The notes under the pieces are model-generated. The model was not told the origin of the DNA and ran no database searches. It saw nothing but the letters and a program-made list of their open reading frames with translations. DNA of 64,000 nt from Acidobacteriota bacterium (lineage in GTDB: Bacteria > Acidobacteriota > Vicinamibacteria > Vicinamibacterales > CAVVIG01), in assembly GCA_003222535.1 (NCBI GenBank), contig QHWJ01000238.1, positions 5,270 to 69,269 on the forward strand, given 5' to 3'. The translations under genes were made by a program, and so were the position numbers. Below are positions 31,307-40,207 of this stretch, one piece after another; position 1 is the first letter of the stretch; every line of letters begins with the position of its first letter.

Positions 31307-32566
31307 CTACAGCAGGAAACCCGCGATCGTCGCCGTCATGAAGTTCGCCAGCGTACCGGCGAACATCGCGCGCAGGCCGAGCCGCGCGAGATCGTGACGG
31401 CGATTCGGCGCCAGCGCGCCGATGCCGCCAATCTGGATCCCGATCGAGCTGAAGTTGGCGAAGCCGCACAGCGCAAACGTCGCGATCGTGAACGACTTCG
31501 AATCGATCGATCCCTTGAGCGGCCCGAGCTGCGAATACGCGACGAACTCGTTCAGCGCCATCCGCGTCCCGAGCAGGTTGCCGATTTTCGGCGCGTCAGA
31601 CCACGGCACGCCCATGCTCCAGGCGACCGGCGCAAAGACCCAGCCGAATATTCTCTGCAGGCTGATGTCGGCGAACCCCAGAAGGTAGGCTAACCCCAGG
31701 ATGTAGTTGACCATGGCGATCAGCGCCAGAAACGAGATGAGCATGGCGCCGACGTTCAAGGCGAGCTGCAGCCCTTCGCCCGTGCCGCGGCCGGCCGCGT
31801 CGATGACGTTGACGTCGGACAACTCCACTTCGATCTTCACCGAGCCCATCGTCTTCGGCACCTCGGTTTCAGGCACCAGCATCTTGGCCATCATGATCGT
31901 GCCGGGCGCCGTCATGATGACGGCCGTGAGCAGATGCTTGGCCTCGATCCCGAACAGGATGTAGGCCGCCATGATGCCGCCCGAAATGTGGGCCATGCCG
32001 GACGTCATCACCGTCATCAGCTCGGATTCGGTCATCTCCGGCAGATACGGGCGAATCGTCAGCGGCGCTTCGGTCTGCCCCATGAAGATGCTGGCCGCCA
32101 CGTTCAGCGACTCGGCGCCGCTGCACTTCATGACCCGCTGCATCACCAGCGCGAACAGGCGCACGACGAGCTGCATCACCCCGTAGTAATAGAGGATCGC
32201 GAACAGCGCCGCGATAAAGATGATCGTCGGCAGCACCTGGAAGGCGAAGATGACGCCGTACCGCGCGCCTTCCGGCCCCAGCGCGCCGATCATCGCCCGG
32301 CTCCAGACGCTGCCGTCGCCCAGCGGGCCGAATACGAACGCCGCGCCGACGCCCGCAAAGCCGAGGAGCTTGTTGATGGCCTTGCCGAGCGCCTCGAATA
32401 CGCGCTGGCCAATCGCCGTCTTCAACACGATCAGGGCGAAGACGATCTGCAGGCTCAGGCCCCATGCCACGGTCGTCCAGTTGATCGCCCGCCGGTTCTT
32501 CGAGAACGCGACGGCGATCGCCAGAATCACGACCGCGCCGAACATCGGCTGCAGAATGCCGGGCAT
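31307..32566 (-). CDS. nupC: NupC/CNT family nucleoside transporter
   Basis: Start at the ATG at 32566 (MPGILQPMFGAVVILAIAVAFSKNRRAINW), overlapping the pdp stop by 1 nt (TGATG). It is multi-TM, with FMGQTEAP and GFANFSSIGI motifs. The upstream 95 codons of ORF 31307..32851 are Arg-rich read-through of the pdp antiframe. Confidence 0.9.
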   Translation of the reverse strand: MPGILQPMFGAVVILAIAVAFSKNRRAINWTTVAWGLSLQIVFALIVLKTAIGQRVFEALGKAINKLLGFAGVGAAFVFGPLGDGSVWSRAMIGALGPEGARYGVIFAFQVLPTIIFIAALFAILYYYGVMQLVVRLFALVMQRVMKCSGAESLNVAASIFMGQTEAPLTIRPYLPEMTESELMTVMTSGMAHISGGIMAAYILFGIEAKHLLTAVIMTAPGTIMMAKMLVPETEVPKTMGSVKIEVELSDVNVIDAAGRGTGEGLQLALNVGAMLISFLALIAMVNYILGLAYLLGFADISLQRIFGWVFAPVAWSMGVPWSDAPKIGNLLGTRMALNEFVAYSQLGPLKGSIDSKSFTIATFALCGFANFSSIGIQIGGIGALAPNRRHDLARLGLRAMFAGTLANFMTATIAGFLL

Positions 32567-33870
32567 CAGCGAACCTCTCCCACGATCAGAGGGCCGCGCG
32601 CCGGCCGCCCGTCGCCGATGGTGATGGCCTGGTTCGTCAGCCGGATGGCCGCTTCGAGACGGACGCAGTCGCGATAATGCAGCTCGAGCACGGCATCGCC
32701 GGCGCGAACGGCGTCTCCCGGCTTCGCGATGACCCTGATGCCCACCGCGGGATCGACGGCGTCTTCGACCCGGTCGCGCCCGGCGCCAAGCGCCACCGAC
32801 GCCCGGCCGACGAGCTCCGCGTCGATCGACGCCACGTAGCCGTCCCGGCACGCGGAGACGAGGTGGCGGTCGTCCACATGCGGCAACCGATCGTAGTCGT
32901 CGACGACCCTCGGATCGCCGCCCTGGATCTCGATGATCCGCCGAAAGCGCTCGAGGCCCGCGCCCGACGCGATGGCGCGCCGGGCCTGCTCGTCGGCTGC
33001 GGCGAGGTCGTCGGCGACCCTTCCCAGCACGAGCATCCGGGCCGTCAATTCCACGGAGACATCAATCAGGTCGTTCGGCCCGCGGCCCTTCAACACCTCG
33101 AGGCACTCGATCACTTCCATGGCGTTGCCGACGGCGCAGCCGAGCGGCGCGTCCATCGCGGTGATGATCGCTTCGGTCTTGACGCCCGACGCCTTGCCGA
33201 TCGTGACGAGCGACTCGGCGAGCCGCCGCGAGTCTGCTTCTGTTTTCATGAACGCGCCGCTGCCGGTTTTCACGTCGAGCACGAGCGCGTCGATGCCTTC
33301 CGCGATCTTCTTGCTCATGATCGACGCGCTGATGAGCGGGATGCTCTCGACCGTGCCGGTCACGTCGCGCAGCGCGTAGAGCTTCCTGTCGGCGGGGGCA
33401 ATCTCGGCGGTCGGGCCGATCATCGCGAAACCGGCCCGAGCGAGCGCCGCTTTCATCTCCTCGAGCGACAGGTTCACCCGGAACCCGGGAATCGCTTCGA
33501 GCTTGTCGAGGGTGCCGCCGGTATGGCCGAGGCCGCGGCCCGACATCATCGGCACCGGCACGCCGCAGGCGGCGGCGAGCGGCGCGAGAATCAGCGACGT
33601 CTTGTCGCCGACGCCGCCGGTGCTGTGCTTGTCGACCTTCACGCCGGGGATGTCACCGAGATCGACCCGCACGCCGGAGTGGACCATCGCGTCGGTGAGC
33701 CACGCGGTCTCTTCCGCCGTCATGCCCCGCAGGACAACGGCCATCAACAGCGCGGACGCCTGGTAGTCGGGGAGCGTCCCGGCCGTCACGCCGTCGACGA
33801 AATATCGGATCTCTTCAAGGGAAAGCGCCCGCCCGTCCCGCTTGGAAGCGATGATGTCGACGGCGCGCAT
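32566..33870 (-). CDS. deoA: Thymidine / pyrimidine-nucleoside phosphorylase
   Basis: 434 aa with IIASKRDG, DKHSTGGVGD, SGRGLGHTGGTLDKLE and a C-terminal PYNP domain. Confidence 0.95.
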   Translation of the reverse strand: MRAVDIIASKRDGRALSLEEIRYFVDGVTAGTLPDYQASALLMAVVLRGMTAEETAWLTDAMVHSGVRVDLGDIPGVKVDKHSTGGVGDKTSLILAPLAAACGVPVPMMSGRGLGHTGGTLDKLEAIPGFRVNLSLEEMKAALARAGFAMIGPTAEIAPADRKLYALRDVTGTVESIPLISASIMSKKIAEGIDALVLDVKTGSGAFMKTEADSRRLAESLVTIGKASGVKTEAIITAMDAPLGCAVGNAMEVIECLEVLKGRGPNDLIDVSVELTARMLVLGRVADDLAAADEQARRAIASGAGLERFRRIIEIQGGDPRVVDDYDRLPHVDDRHLVSACRDGYVASIDAELVGRASVALGAGRDRVEDAVDPAVGIRVIAKPGDAVRAGDAVLELHYRDCVRLEAAIRLTNQAITIGDGRPARGPLIVGEVR

Positions 33871-33925
33871 TCGGCGGGCAGTATATCGGATCGGCGGCTC
33901 GCAGCCCGTTGCGGAAGTCCGCGAG

Positions 33926-34020
33926 GGACCTTCACGTCGGCCCGACTCATGTAGTGAGGACCTGCACGTCCGCCCGACTCATGCAGCGCGGACCCTCACG
34001 CCGGCGACACGGCGGACCTG
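33926..34020. repeat. 32-bp direct repeats (about 2.75 copies) in a divergent promoter region
   Basis: ggaccttcacgtcggcccgactcatgtagtga is followed by ggacctgcacgtccgcccgactcatgcagcgc and then ggaccctcacgccggcgacacggc. The array lies between the pdp start (33870) and the HEAT-protein start (34085). Confidence 0.8.
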
Positions 34021-34084
34021 AATGCGCGCTCTACGGCGATTTTTCACAGCCTCTCCAGGCTGAGCGTCCAGCATAATCAGACGC

Positions 34085-36304
34085 GTGGCCCAGGTATCCC
34101 AGCTGTCCGCCGAGCTCACGCGGAGCCTGCTGCAACTGGCCCGCGCTCTGCTGGTGGCCGTACGGAACTGGACGCTGTATCCGCCCGAGCATCCGACGGT
34201 CGCCGTTTCGATCAAACGACTGGCCGCCGCGATTCGCGAATCGTCGTTCGGCGCCGCGTTCTCGCTCGGCGTCACGCCGGACACGCTGATGATCGAAGGC
34301 ACGCTGGCGGACGCCAGCCAGACCGGCATCGCCGAAGCCGCCGCGCTCCTCCACGACCGCGACATCCTGGCGGTCACCTTCGTGGGCGACGTTCCGCAGG
34401 AGGCCATTCACGCGCTCCTGCGCGTGCTGACGCTGGACGGTGCGGAACGGCGCCGCCGTGGCGGACCGAAATGCATCTGGGAGACCGCAGGTCACCCGTC
34501 TATCTCGCTCGAGCAGATCGACTACGACAAGGTCCTCGCGCGAAACGAAGGCGAGATCGCCGAACCGGCCAAACGCGACGACCTCTGGCGCTCGATCGTG
34601 CTGTCGATTGCCGGCGGCCAGAAAACGGTCTTCGACGAGCGCGCCCAGCAGCGTCTGCTCGCCATCGCCGGCAGTTCCGGCGACATCGCCGATCTCGCGA
34701 CGGCGGTGATGGCGCCGATGTGCGCGCCGGACGGCTCGCCCATGCTCACCTCGCAGGCGGCCATCGTCCTGGCGGCATTCCGCCACCTCTCGAACATCGT
34801 CTCGGTGATGTCGCCCGACCGCATGCCCGAGGTCATGAGCAACCTGGCCGCCGCGGCCACGCAGCTCGATCCGCACGTCGTCATGCAGGTGCTGCAGAGC
34901 CAGGACGACGACCCCACCGGTGTGGCGGTCGTCAGCGGCATCGCCGGGGCGTTCGACGATGTGAAGGTCGCGCAACTGCTGGCGACCGCGCTCGCGCTCG
35001 ATGGTCAGGCGTCGGACCGCCTCGCCACGATCTTCAACACGATTGCCCCTGACGAGGATCGCAAGAAGCGTGTCCTGACGCTCACGCGCAGCCTCCTGAG
35101 CGAAACCGATTTCGGGCGATCGGGACAGTTCCAGGTGCTCTGGGCCTCGACCGAAGCGCTGCTCGTCTCGTACAACGACAAGCCGTTTCTGTCCGATAAG
35201 TACAGGGCCGAGCTCGACGGCGCAGGCGGCCGTGCGGAGCGGATGTCAGTCGTCGATCTGCCGTCGGAGCTGCCCGACTGGCTGGAGAGCCTCGGCCAGG
35301 CGAACGTCCGGGTCCTGTCGGTCACGATGCTGATCGATCTCTTCACGCTCGAGCTCGATCCCGACCGCGGCTCTGAAATCGCCGCGGACCTGGAAGCGCT
35401 GTCCGAGGACCTGCTGATGTCCGGCTCGTATGAGGAGGCGGTGACGGTGACCCGCGCCCTCCAGGCGCGCGGCACGACGGCCGGCAGCATCGGACATGAG
35501 GCGAGCCGGCTGGCGCTCGATCGGCTCGGCGAATCGCTGGCGATGCGCGAAACCGTGGGGCTCATCGGCGACGTGGATGAGGCTGGCTGGGCCGCGATCC
35601 AGGCGGTGATCGACGCCGTCGGCGTCGCCAGCGTCGAGGCATTGAAGGCGGCGGTCTCGGTCGAGCACGACGGGATCGCCACCGAGCGCGCCGAGGCGAT
35701 CATCGTCGGCTTCGGACGGCGTTCGGTGAGTCGCGTCGCGTCGCTGGTCGGGGACTCGCGCTGGTTCGTCCAGCGCCGCGGCGCGCGGCTGCTCGGCCTG
35801 ATCGGCGCCGCCGAGGCCGTGCCGATGCTGCAGCCGCTGCTGCGCCAGACCGATCCGCGGGTGGCGCGAGCGGCCATTACGGCGCTGGGTGCGATCCCGG
35901 ATCCGGCGGCGGTGCGGGCCATTCAGACGGTCCTGCGGTCGGCGACCGGCACGCTGCGCCGCGCCGTCATCGACGCGCTGGTCGCCGAACGCGACCCGCG
36001 GGTGGTCCCGATGCTCGTGCGCATCATCGAGGAGAGCCAGGCGCTCGGCAAAGATCATGACGTCGTGCTCGAGACGATCGAGGGCCTCGCGACCGTCGGC
36101 ACCGACGCGGCCGTGCCGGTCCTCGCGACCATGGCGCAGCGGCGCGCGCTGTTCGGCCGGAAGAAGCTGCGCGCGCTGAAGGAGCGCAGCGTCGACGCGC
36201 TCGCGCGTGTCGGCGGCGCGAAAGCCAATACGGTCCTCAAGGAGGCGGCGCAGACCGGCGACCGGATGCTCAAGAAGATTGTTGGACAGCGGGGTCGAAG
36301 CTAG
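34085..36304 (+). CDS. Large HEAT-repeat protein, paralog A1 (unassigned N-terminal and central regions)
   Basis: 739 aa with a GTG start. The C-terminal third has PBS-lyase/HEAT-like repeats (LLGLIGAAEAVPMLQPLLRQTDPRVARAAITALGAIPDPAAV..). The N-terminal module is shared with the HD-GYP neighbours. Confidence 0.75.
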   Translation: MAQVSQLSAELTRSLLQLARALLVAVRNWTLYPPEHPTVAVSIKRLAAAIRESSFGAAFSLGVTPDTLMIEGTLADASQTGIAEAAALLHDRDILAVTFVGDVPQEAIHALLRVLTLDGAERRRRGGPKCIWETAGHPSISLEQIDYDKVLARNEGEIAEPAKRDDLWRSIVLSIAGGQKTVFDERAQQRLLAIAGSSGDIADLATAVMAPMCAPDGSPMLTSQAAIVLAAFRHLSNIVSVMSPDRMPEVMSNLAAAATQLDPHVVMQVLQSQDDDPTGVAVVSGIAGAFDDVKVAQLLATALALDGQASDRLATIFNTIAPDEDRKKRVLTLTRSLLSETDFGRSGQFQVLWASTEALLVSYNDKPFLSDKYRAELDGAGGRAERMSVVDLPSELPDWLESLGQANVRVLSVTMLIDLFTLELDPDRGSEIAADLEALSEDLLMSGSYEEAVTVTRALQARGTTAGSIGHEASRLALDRLGESLAMRETVGLIGDVDEAGWAAIQAVIDAVGVASVEALKAAVSVEHDGIATERAEAIIVGFGRRSVSRVASLVGDSRWFVQRRGARLLGLIGAAEAVPMLQPLLRQTDPRVARAAITALGAIPDPAAVRAIQTVLRSATGTLRRAVIDALVAERDPRVVPMLVRIIEESQALGKDHDVVLETIEGLATVGTDAAVPVLATMAQRRALFGRKKLRALKERSVDALARVGGAKANTVLKEAAQTGDRMLKKIVGQRGRS

Positions 36305-36361
36305 GAGCGTGTGATGGGACTCCTCGGGTGGGGTCCGCATTCAGTCGGACCCAATCGGCGC

Positions 36362-36437
36362 TGGTCCGGCTGAAGCCGGACACTACCGAGTCCCACCACA
36401 GGCTGCGGGAGCGCGGCGACCCTTGAAAGGGTCGACC
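36362..36437. repeat. Two REP hairpins (GGTCCGGCTGAAGCCGGACACTACCGA and GGCGACCCTTGAAAGGGTCGACC)
   Basis: Both are exact family members of elements seen at 18130/44489 and at 6292/53034. Confidence 0.8.
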
Positions 36438-36462
36438 TTCATCGGGCGCGGACTGAGGATTC

Positions 36463-37818
36463 ATGGACGAGAAGAAAGCCGAAGAACTGATCCGGCGGCT
36501 CGCCGCGGCCCTGCGCGGCACCGAGCTGTACTCGGCAACACACCCGCTGGTCCAGCGCGGCGTCGACTCCCTGACGGCGGCGGCCCATGAGGGTCTTCAG
36601 CGCACGCCGACGGTGATCATCGGGTTCCTCGGCGACGAGGTCGTCGTCGACGGCACGCGACTGCCGAAAAGCACGGCGTCGCTGATTGGATTCGCCCGCG
36701 ATTTGCGCGATCGCGGCATCGAGAAGGTGACGCTCAACCGCGGCCTCTCGCGGGCGGAAGTCGTCGGTCTCATCGCGGCCTTCAGCGACCGCGCGTCGCC
36801 CGTGCCGCTTGCGGACAGGCTGATCGCGCGCGGCGTCCGGAACGTCACGCTGGGCCGCATCGTGGTCGACGAGGTGAGCGACGACGAGGCGGGCATCGCG
36901 GCGGCCAGACGGGTCTACGGCACCGCGGTCGAGACCGCCGAGATGCTCTGGAACGCGGCCCAGGCCGGCGATCTGCCGGATCCCGGCGCCGCGCGCAAGA
37001 TCATCGACGGTCTGGCGCGGCTCGTCACGCAGGATCGGACGTCGTTGATGGCGCTGACCGCGCTGAAGAAGTACGACAACTACACGTTCACGCACATGGT
37101 GAACGTGTCGGCGCTCGCCATGGCCCAGGCGCGCGCGCTGAACATCGACGGCCCGCTGCTGCGCGAGTTCGGGTTTGCCGCGCTGATGCACGACATCGGC
37201 AAGGTGCACACGCCGCTCGAGGTCCTGAACAAGCCGGGCAAGCTGAGCAAGGACGAGTTCGACGTCATGAAGCGCCATGTCGTGGACGGCGCCCACATTC
37301 TACGGCGCACGCCCGAGATGCCGGCGCTGGCGCCGATTGTCGCGTTCGAGCATCACCTGAAGCAGGATCTGAGCGGGTACCCGGAGAACATCGGCGACCG
37401 GAAGCTGAATCTGTGCACCATGATCGTCTCCATCGCCGACGTGTTCGATGCCCTTCGGAGCAACCGTCCGTACCGGCAGGGTCTCGCCACGGTTCGCATT
37501 CGGAGCATCATGAGCGAGCAGGACAATCCGGCGTTCAACCAGGTGCTGCTCAAGCGCTTCGTCAACCTGATGGGCCTGTTTCCGGTCGGCAATCTGGTGC
37601 GCCTCAACACGGGCGAGATCGCGGTCGTCACCGCCGAGCACCCGACCGATCCGTTCCGGCCGCAGGTGAAGATCATCATGGACACGGACGGCGGGATGCT
37701 CGAGGAGCCGGTGCTCGCCAATACGTGGGAGCGTGACGGGCGGGGCGAACATCCGCATGCGGTGGTCGAGGCCGTCGATCCGGAGTCGACCGACATCGAT
37801 CCGCTCACTTACCTCTGA
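36463..37818 (+). CDS. HD-GYP domain protein, paralog B1 (putative cyclic-di-nucleotide phosphodiesterase)
   Basis: 451 aa. The ATG follows GAGGA. It has THMVNV, LMHDIGK, KPGKLSKDEFDVMKRH, FEHHLKQDLSGYP and ADVFDALRSNRPY. Confidence 0.9.
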   Translation: MDEKKAEELIRRLAAALRGTELYSATHPLVQRGVDSLTAAAHEGLQRTPTVIIGFLGDEVVVDGTRLPKSTASLIGFARDLRDRGIEKVTLNRGLSRAEVVGLIAAFSDRASPVPLADRLIARGVRNVTLGRIVVDEVSDDEAGIAAARRVYGTAVETAEMLWNAAQAGDLPDPGAARKIIDGLARLVTQDRTSLMALTALKKYDNYTFTHMVNVSALAMAQARALNIDGPLLREFGFAALMHDIGKVHTPLEVLNKPGKLSKDEFDVMKRHVVDGAHILRRTPEMPALAPIVAFEHHLKQDLSGYPENIGDRKLNLCTMIVSIADVFDALRSNRPYRQGLATVRIRSIMSEQDNPAFNQVLLKRFVNLMGLFPVGNLVRLNTGEIAVVTAEHPTDPFRPQVKIIMDTDGGMLEEPVLANTWERDGRGEHPHAVVEAVDPESTDIDPLTYL

Positions 37819-37866
37819 GAGTTGGTGAGTTGGTGAGTTGGTGAGTTGGCGAGTTGGTGAGTTGGT
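37819..37866. repeat. Octamer tandem array (GAGTTGGT x6, then degenerate to about 37900)
   Basis: The sequence gagttggtgagttggtgagttggtgagttggcgagttggtgagttggt starts at the nucleotide after the B1 stop. Confidence 0.9.
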
Positions 37867-37915
37867 GATGGTGAGTGGAGGGTGGGGACTGAGTGGTGAT
37901 TGAGCGCGGCGAGAC

Positions 37916-40207
37916 ATGAGCGACACAGATCAGCAGGTCACCCATTGGCCGGCTCGCCCCGTTCCGGCCGACGTGGCTGCACCGCTCGGCGCCTCTGACA
38001 CGGCGCGGCTCACCGATTTCGCACGGGCGTGCAAAGCGGCCGCGCGCGCGGTCGTGCTGTATCCGGGCGGCCATCCGGCCATCGCCGCCACGCTCGGCCG
38101 CATCGCCCACATCACGTCGGCGGCGGCACAGTCCGGGTCGCTCACGATCACGGTATTGCCCGACGGTCTGCTGCTGGACGATCGGCCGCCGGCCCGCGCC
38201 GACGCGGCCATCACCGAGCTCGCGACGCTCCTGCACAGTCACCTCATCGGACAACTGACCGTCCACGCGGGCGGCGACGTCGAGGCGTGGCGGGCTTTCC
38301 TCGTCCTCCTCGGGCGATCGGCGGAGGCGGTGCGCGCCGACGGCGGCATCTCGCGCGTGTGGACGACGATGGCAGGCCGCCACGTCGAGCTGCGCGAGAT
38401 CGATTACGCCGAGGTGCTGCGCGAGCGCTCCGGCGGCGACCGGGCGATATGGAATCGCGTCATCGCCAACTGCTTGCAGGGCAGCGCCTTCGAGCTCGAT
38501 GAGCCCGGAATCCGTGAGCTGCTGGGCATCGCGGGCGACAGCGACCAGCTCGTCGAGCTCATGACGACGATCGAGGCGAGCGCCGGCGCCGCCGGGGGCG
38601 TCGGCACGAAGACCGCCGCCCTCATGCGCATGCTGCGCGGCATCGTCGACGTCGTCTCGAAGAACGACCCGGAGCGGCTCGAGCCGGTGCTGCGGAACAT
38701 GGCGTCCGCCGTGGGCCACTGCTCGCCCGAGATGCTGCTCGCGCTGCTCGGCCCGCAAGGCGACGAGGAAGGACCGCGGCTGATGCAGGCGGTCATCAGC
38801 CGCATGACCGACACGACGATCGCGCGCTTCGTCGCGCGCCATGTGATCGCGGAGAGCACGCCCACCAACCGGCTCGCGCAGGCCTTTCAAACGCTCGTGC
38901 GCGACGGCGATCAGCAGCAGCGCCTGCTCGCGCTCGCGCGCGACGATGTCGCGGCGTCTCCCCTTGGAAGCACGGAGGGGTTCGAGTCGGTCTGGAACCA
39001 CGTCGCGGAGGAGCTGCTCACCTCCTACTCCGACGAGCCGTTCGTGTCGGACGCCTATGGCAACGAGCTGTCGGGTGCGCGGATGCAGGCGGTCGAAGTG
39101 GAACACGTGAGCGACGATCCGCCCGAGCGGATCGGCGCGTGGCTCAGAACGATCGCCACCACGGCGCTTCGCGCGCTCGACCTCGCACTGGTGCTCGATC
39201 TGCTGCGGATCGAGCAGGAGGAGGATCGCTGGGGCGCGCTGATGAAGCCCGTCGTCGGGCTGCTCGAGGATCTGCTGCTGGTGGGCGACTTCGACGCGAC
39301 GCTCGCGGTGATCGAGGTGCTGGTGAAGGAAGCCGGCGGCAACGGATCGACGGCTCGCCGTCAACATGCGATCACGGCGATCGATCTGTTGATCGCCGGC
39401 ACGATGATGCGGCACGTCACCACCCATCTCGCGACGATCGACGAGGCGCAGTTCGAGCGCGTGAAGGCGATGTGCGTCTCGCTCGGCGAAGTGCTCGTGC
39501 GCCCGCTCGCCGAAGCGCTGTCGGTCGAAGCGCGGCCGCGCACGCGGGAGCGCCTGACGTCGATTCTCATCGCCTTCGGGTCGGTCGGCCGCCGGACGAT
39601 CGAGCGGCTGAAGAGCTCTCAGAATCCGGCGGTCCGCCGGACGGCGATCTACCTGATGCGCGAGTTCGGCGGCAGCGATGCGCTGCCGGACCTCACCGAG
39701 CTGCTCGACGACAGCGAGCAGCAGGTGCAGCGCGAGGCGGTGCGCGCGATCCTCAACGTCGGCACCGACGCCGCGTACCGCATCCTCGAACAGGCGCTCG
39801 GCAGCGGCACGGCGCGCTCGCGCGAGGCGATCATGCAGTCGATCGGCCTGGTCCGGGACGAGCGGGCCGCGCCGCTGTTCGCCTACATCCTCGGGCACAT
39901 CGATCACCGCGGCGCGCTCGCCCCGGTCTATCTGCGCGCGATTGAATCACTGGGCGCGCTGCGCGATCCGGCCGGCATCGCGCCGCTGCGCGACGCCCTG
40001 TACAGGGGCGAGTGGTGGGCGCCGCGGCGCACGGCGGCGCTCAGGGGCGCGGTGGCGCTGGCGCTGGCGCGCATCGACACGCCCGAGTCGGTCGCGGTGC
40101 TCGAGGAGGCGGTCACGCGGGGATCGCGCGGGATCCGCACGGCCGCACGCACGCAGCTGACGGCCGGCCGCGCGCGCCGGCTCGCCGGACGCGGAGGAAA
40201 CGCATGA
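37916..40207 (+). CDS. Large HEAT-repeat protein, paralog A2
   Basis: 763 aa, colinear with A1 (for example LLTSYSDEPFVSDAYGNELSGA versus LLVSYNDKPFLSDKYRAELDGA). It has C-terminal HEAT-like repeats (NPAVRRTAIYLMREFGGSDALPDLTELLDDSEQQVQREAVRAIL). Confidence 0.75.
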   Translation: MSDTDQQVTHWPARPVPADVAAPLGASDTARLTDFARACKAAARAVVLYPGGHPAIAATLGRIAHITSAAAQSGSLTITVLPDGLLLDDRPPARADAAITELATLLHSHLIGQLTVHAGGDVEAWRAFLVLLGRSAEAVRADGGISRVWTTMAGRHVELREIDYAEVLRERSGGDRAIWNRVIANCLQGSAFELDEPGIRELLGIAGDSDQLVELMTTIEASAGAAGGVGTKTAALMRMLRGIVDVVSKNDPERLEPVLRNMASAVGHCSPEMLLALLGPQGDEEGPRLMQAVISRMTDTTIARFVARHVIAESTPTNRLAQAFQTLVRDGDQQQRLLALARDDVAASPLGSTEGFESVWNHVAEELLTSYSDEPFVSDAYGNELSGARMQAVEVEHVSDDPPERIGAWLRTIATTALRALDLALVLDLLRIEQEEDRWGALMKPVVGLLEDLLLVGDFDATLAVIEVLVKEAGGNGSTARRQHAITAIDLLIAGTMMRHVTTHLATIDEAQFERVKAMCVSLGEVLVRPLAEALSVEARPRTRERLTSILIAFGSVGRRTIERLKSSQNPAVRRTAIYLMREFGGSDALPDLTELLDDSEQQVQREAVRAILNVGTDAAYRILEQALGSGTARSREAIMQSIGLVRDERAAPLFAYILGHIDHRGALAPVYLRAIESLGALRDPAGIAPLRDALYRGEWWAPRRTAALRGAVALALARIDTPESVAVLEEAVTRGSRGIRTAARTQLTAGRARRLAGRGGNA

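Noticed and set aside
37805-39907. 700-aa minus-strand ORF opposite the HEAT-repeat gene A2. Similar long antisense or out-of-frame ORFs occur at 34031..34975, 35246..36340 and 39928..41412.
   Set aside because: These have extreme Arg/Asp/His/Ala content and no recognisable domain. The + strand frames show paralogous conservation (A1/A2 and B1/B2), which identifies the real coding strand.
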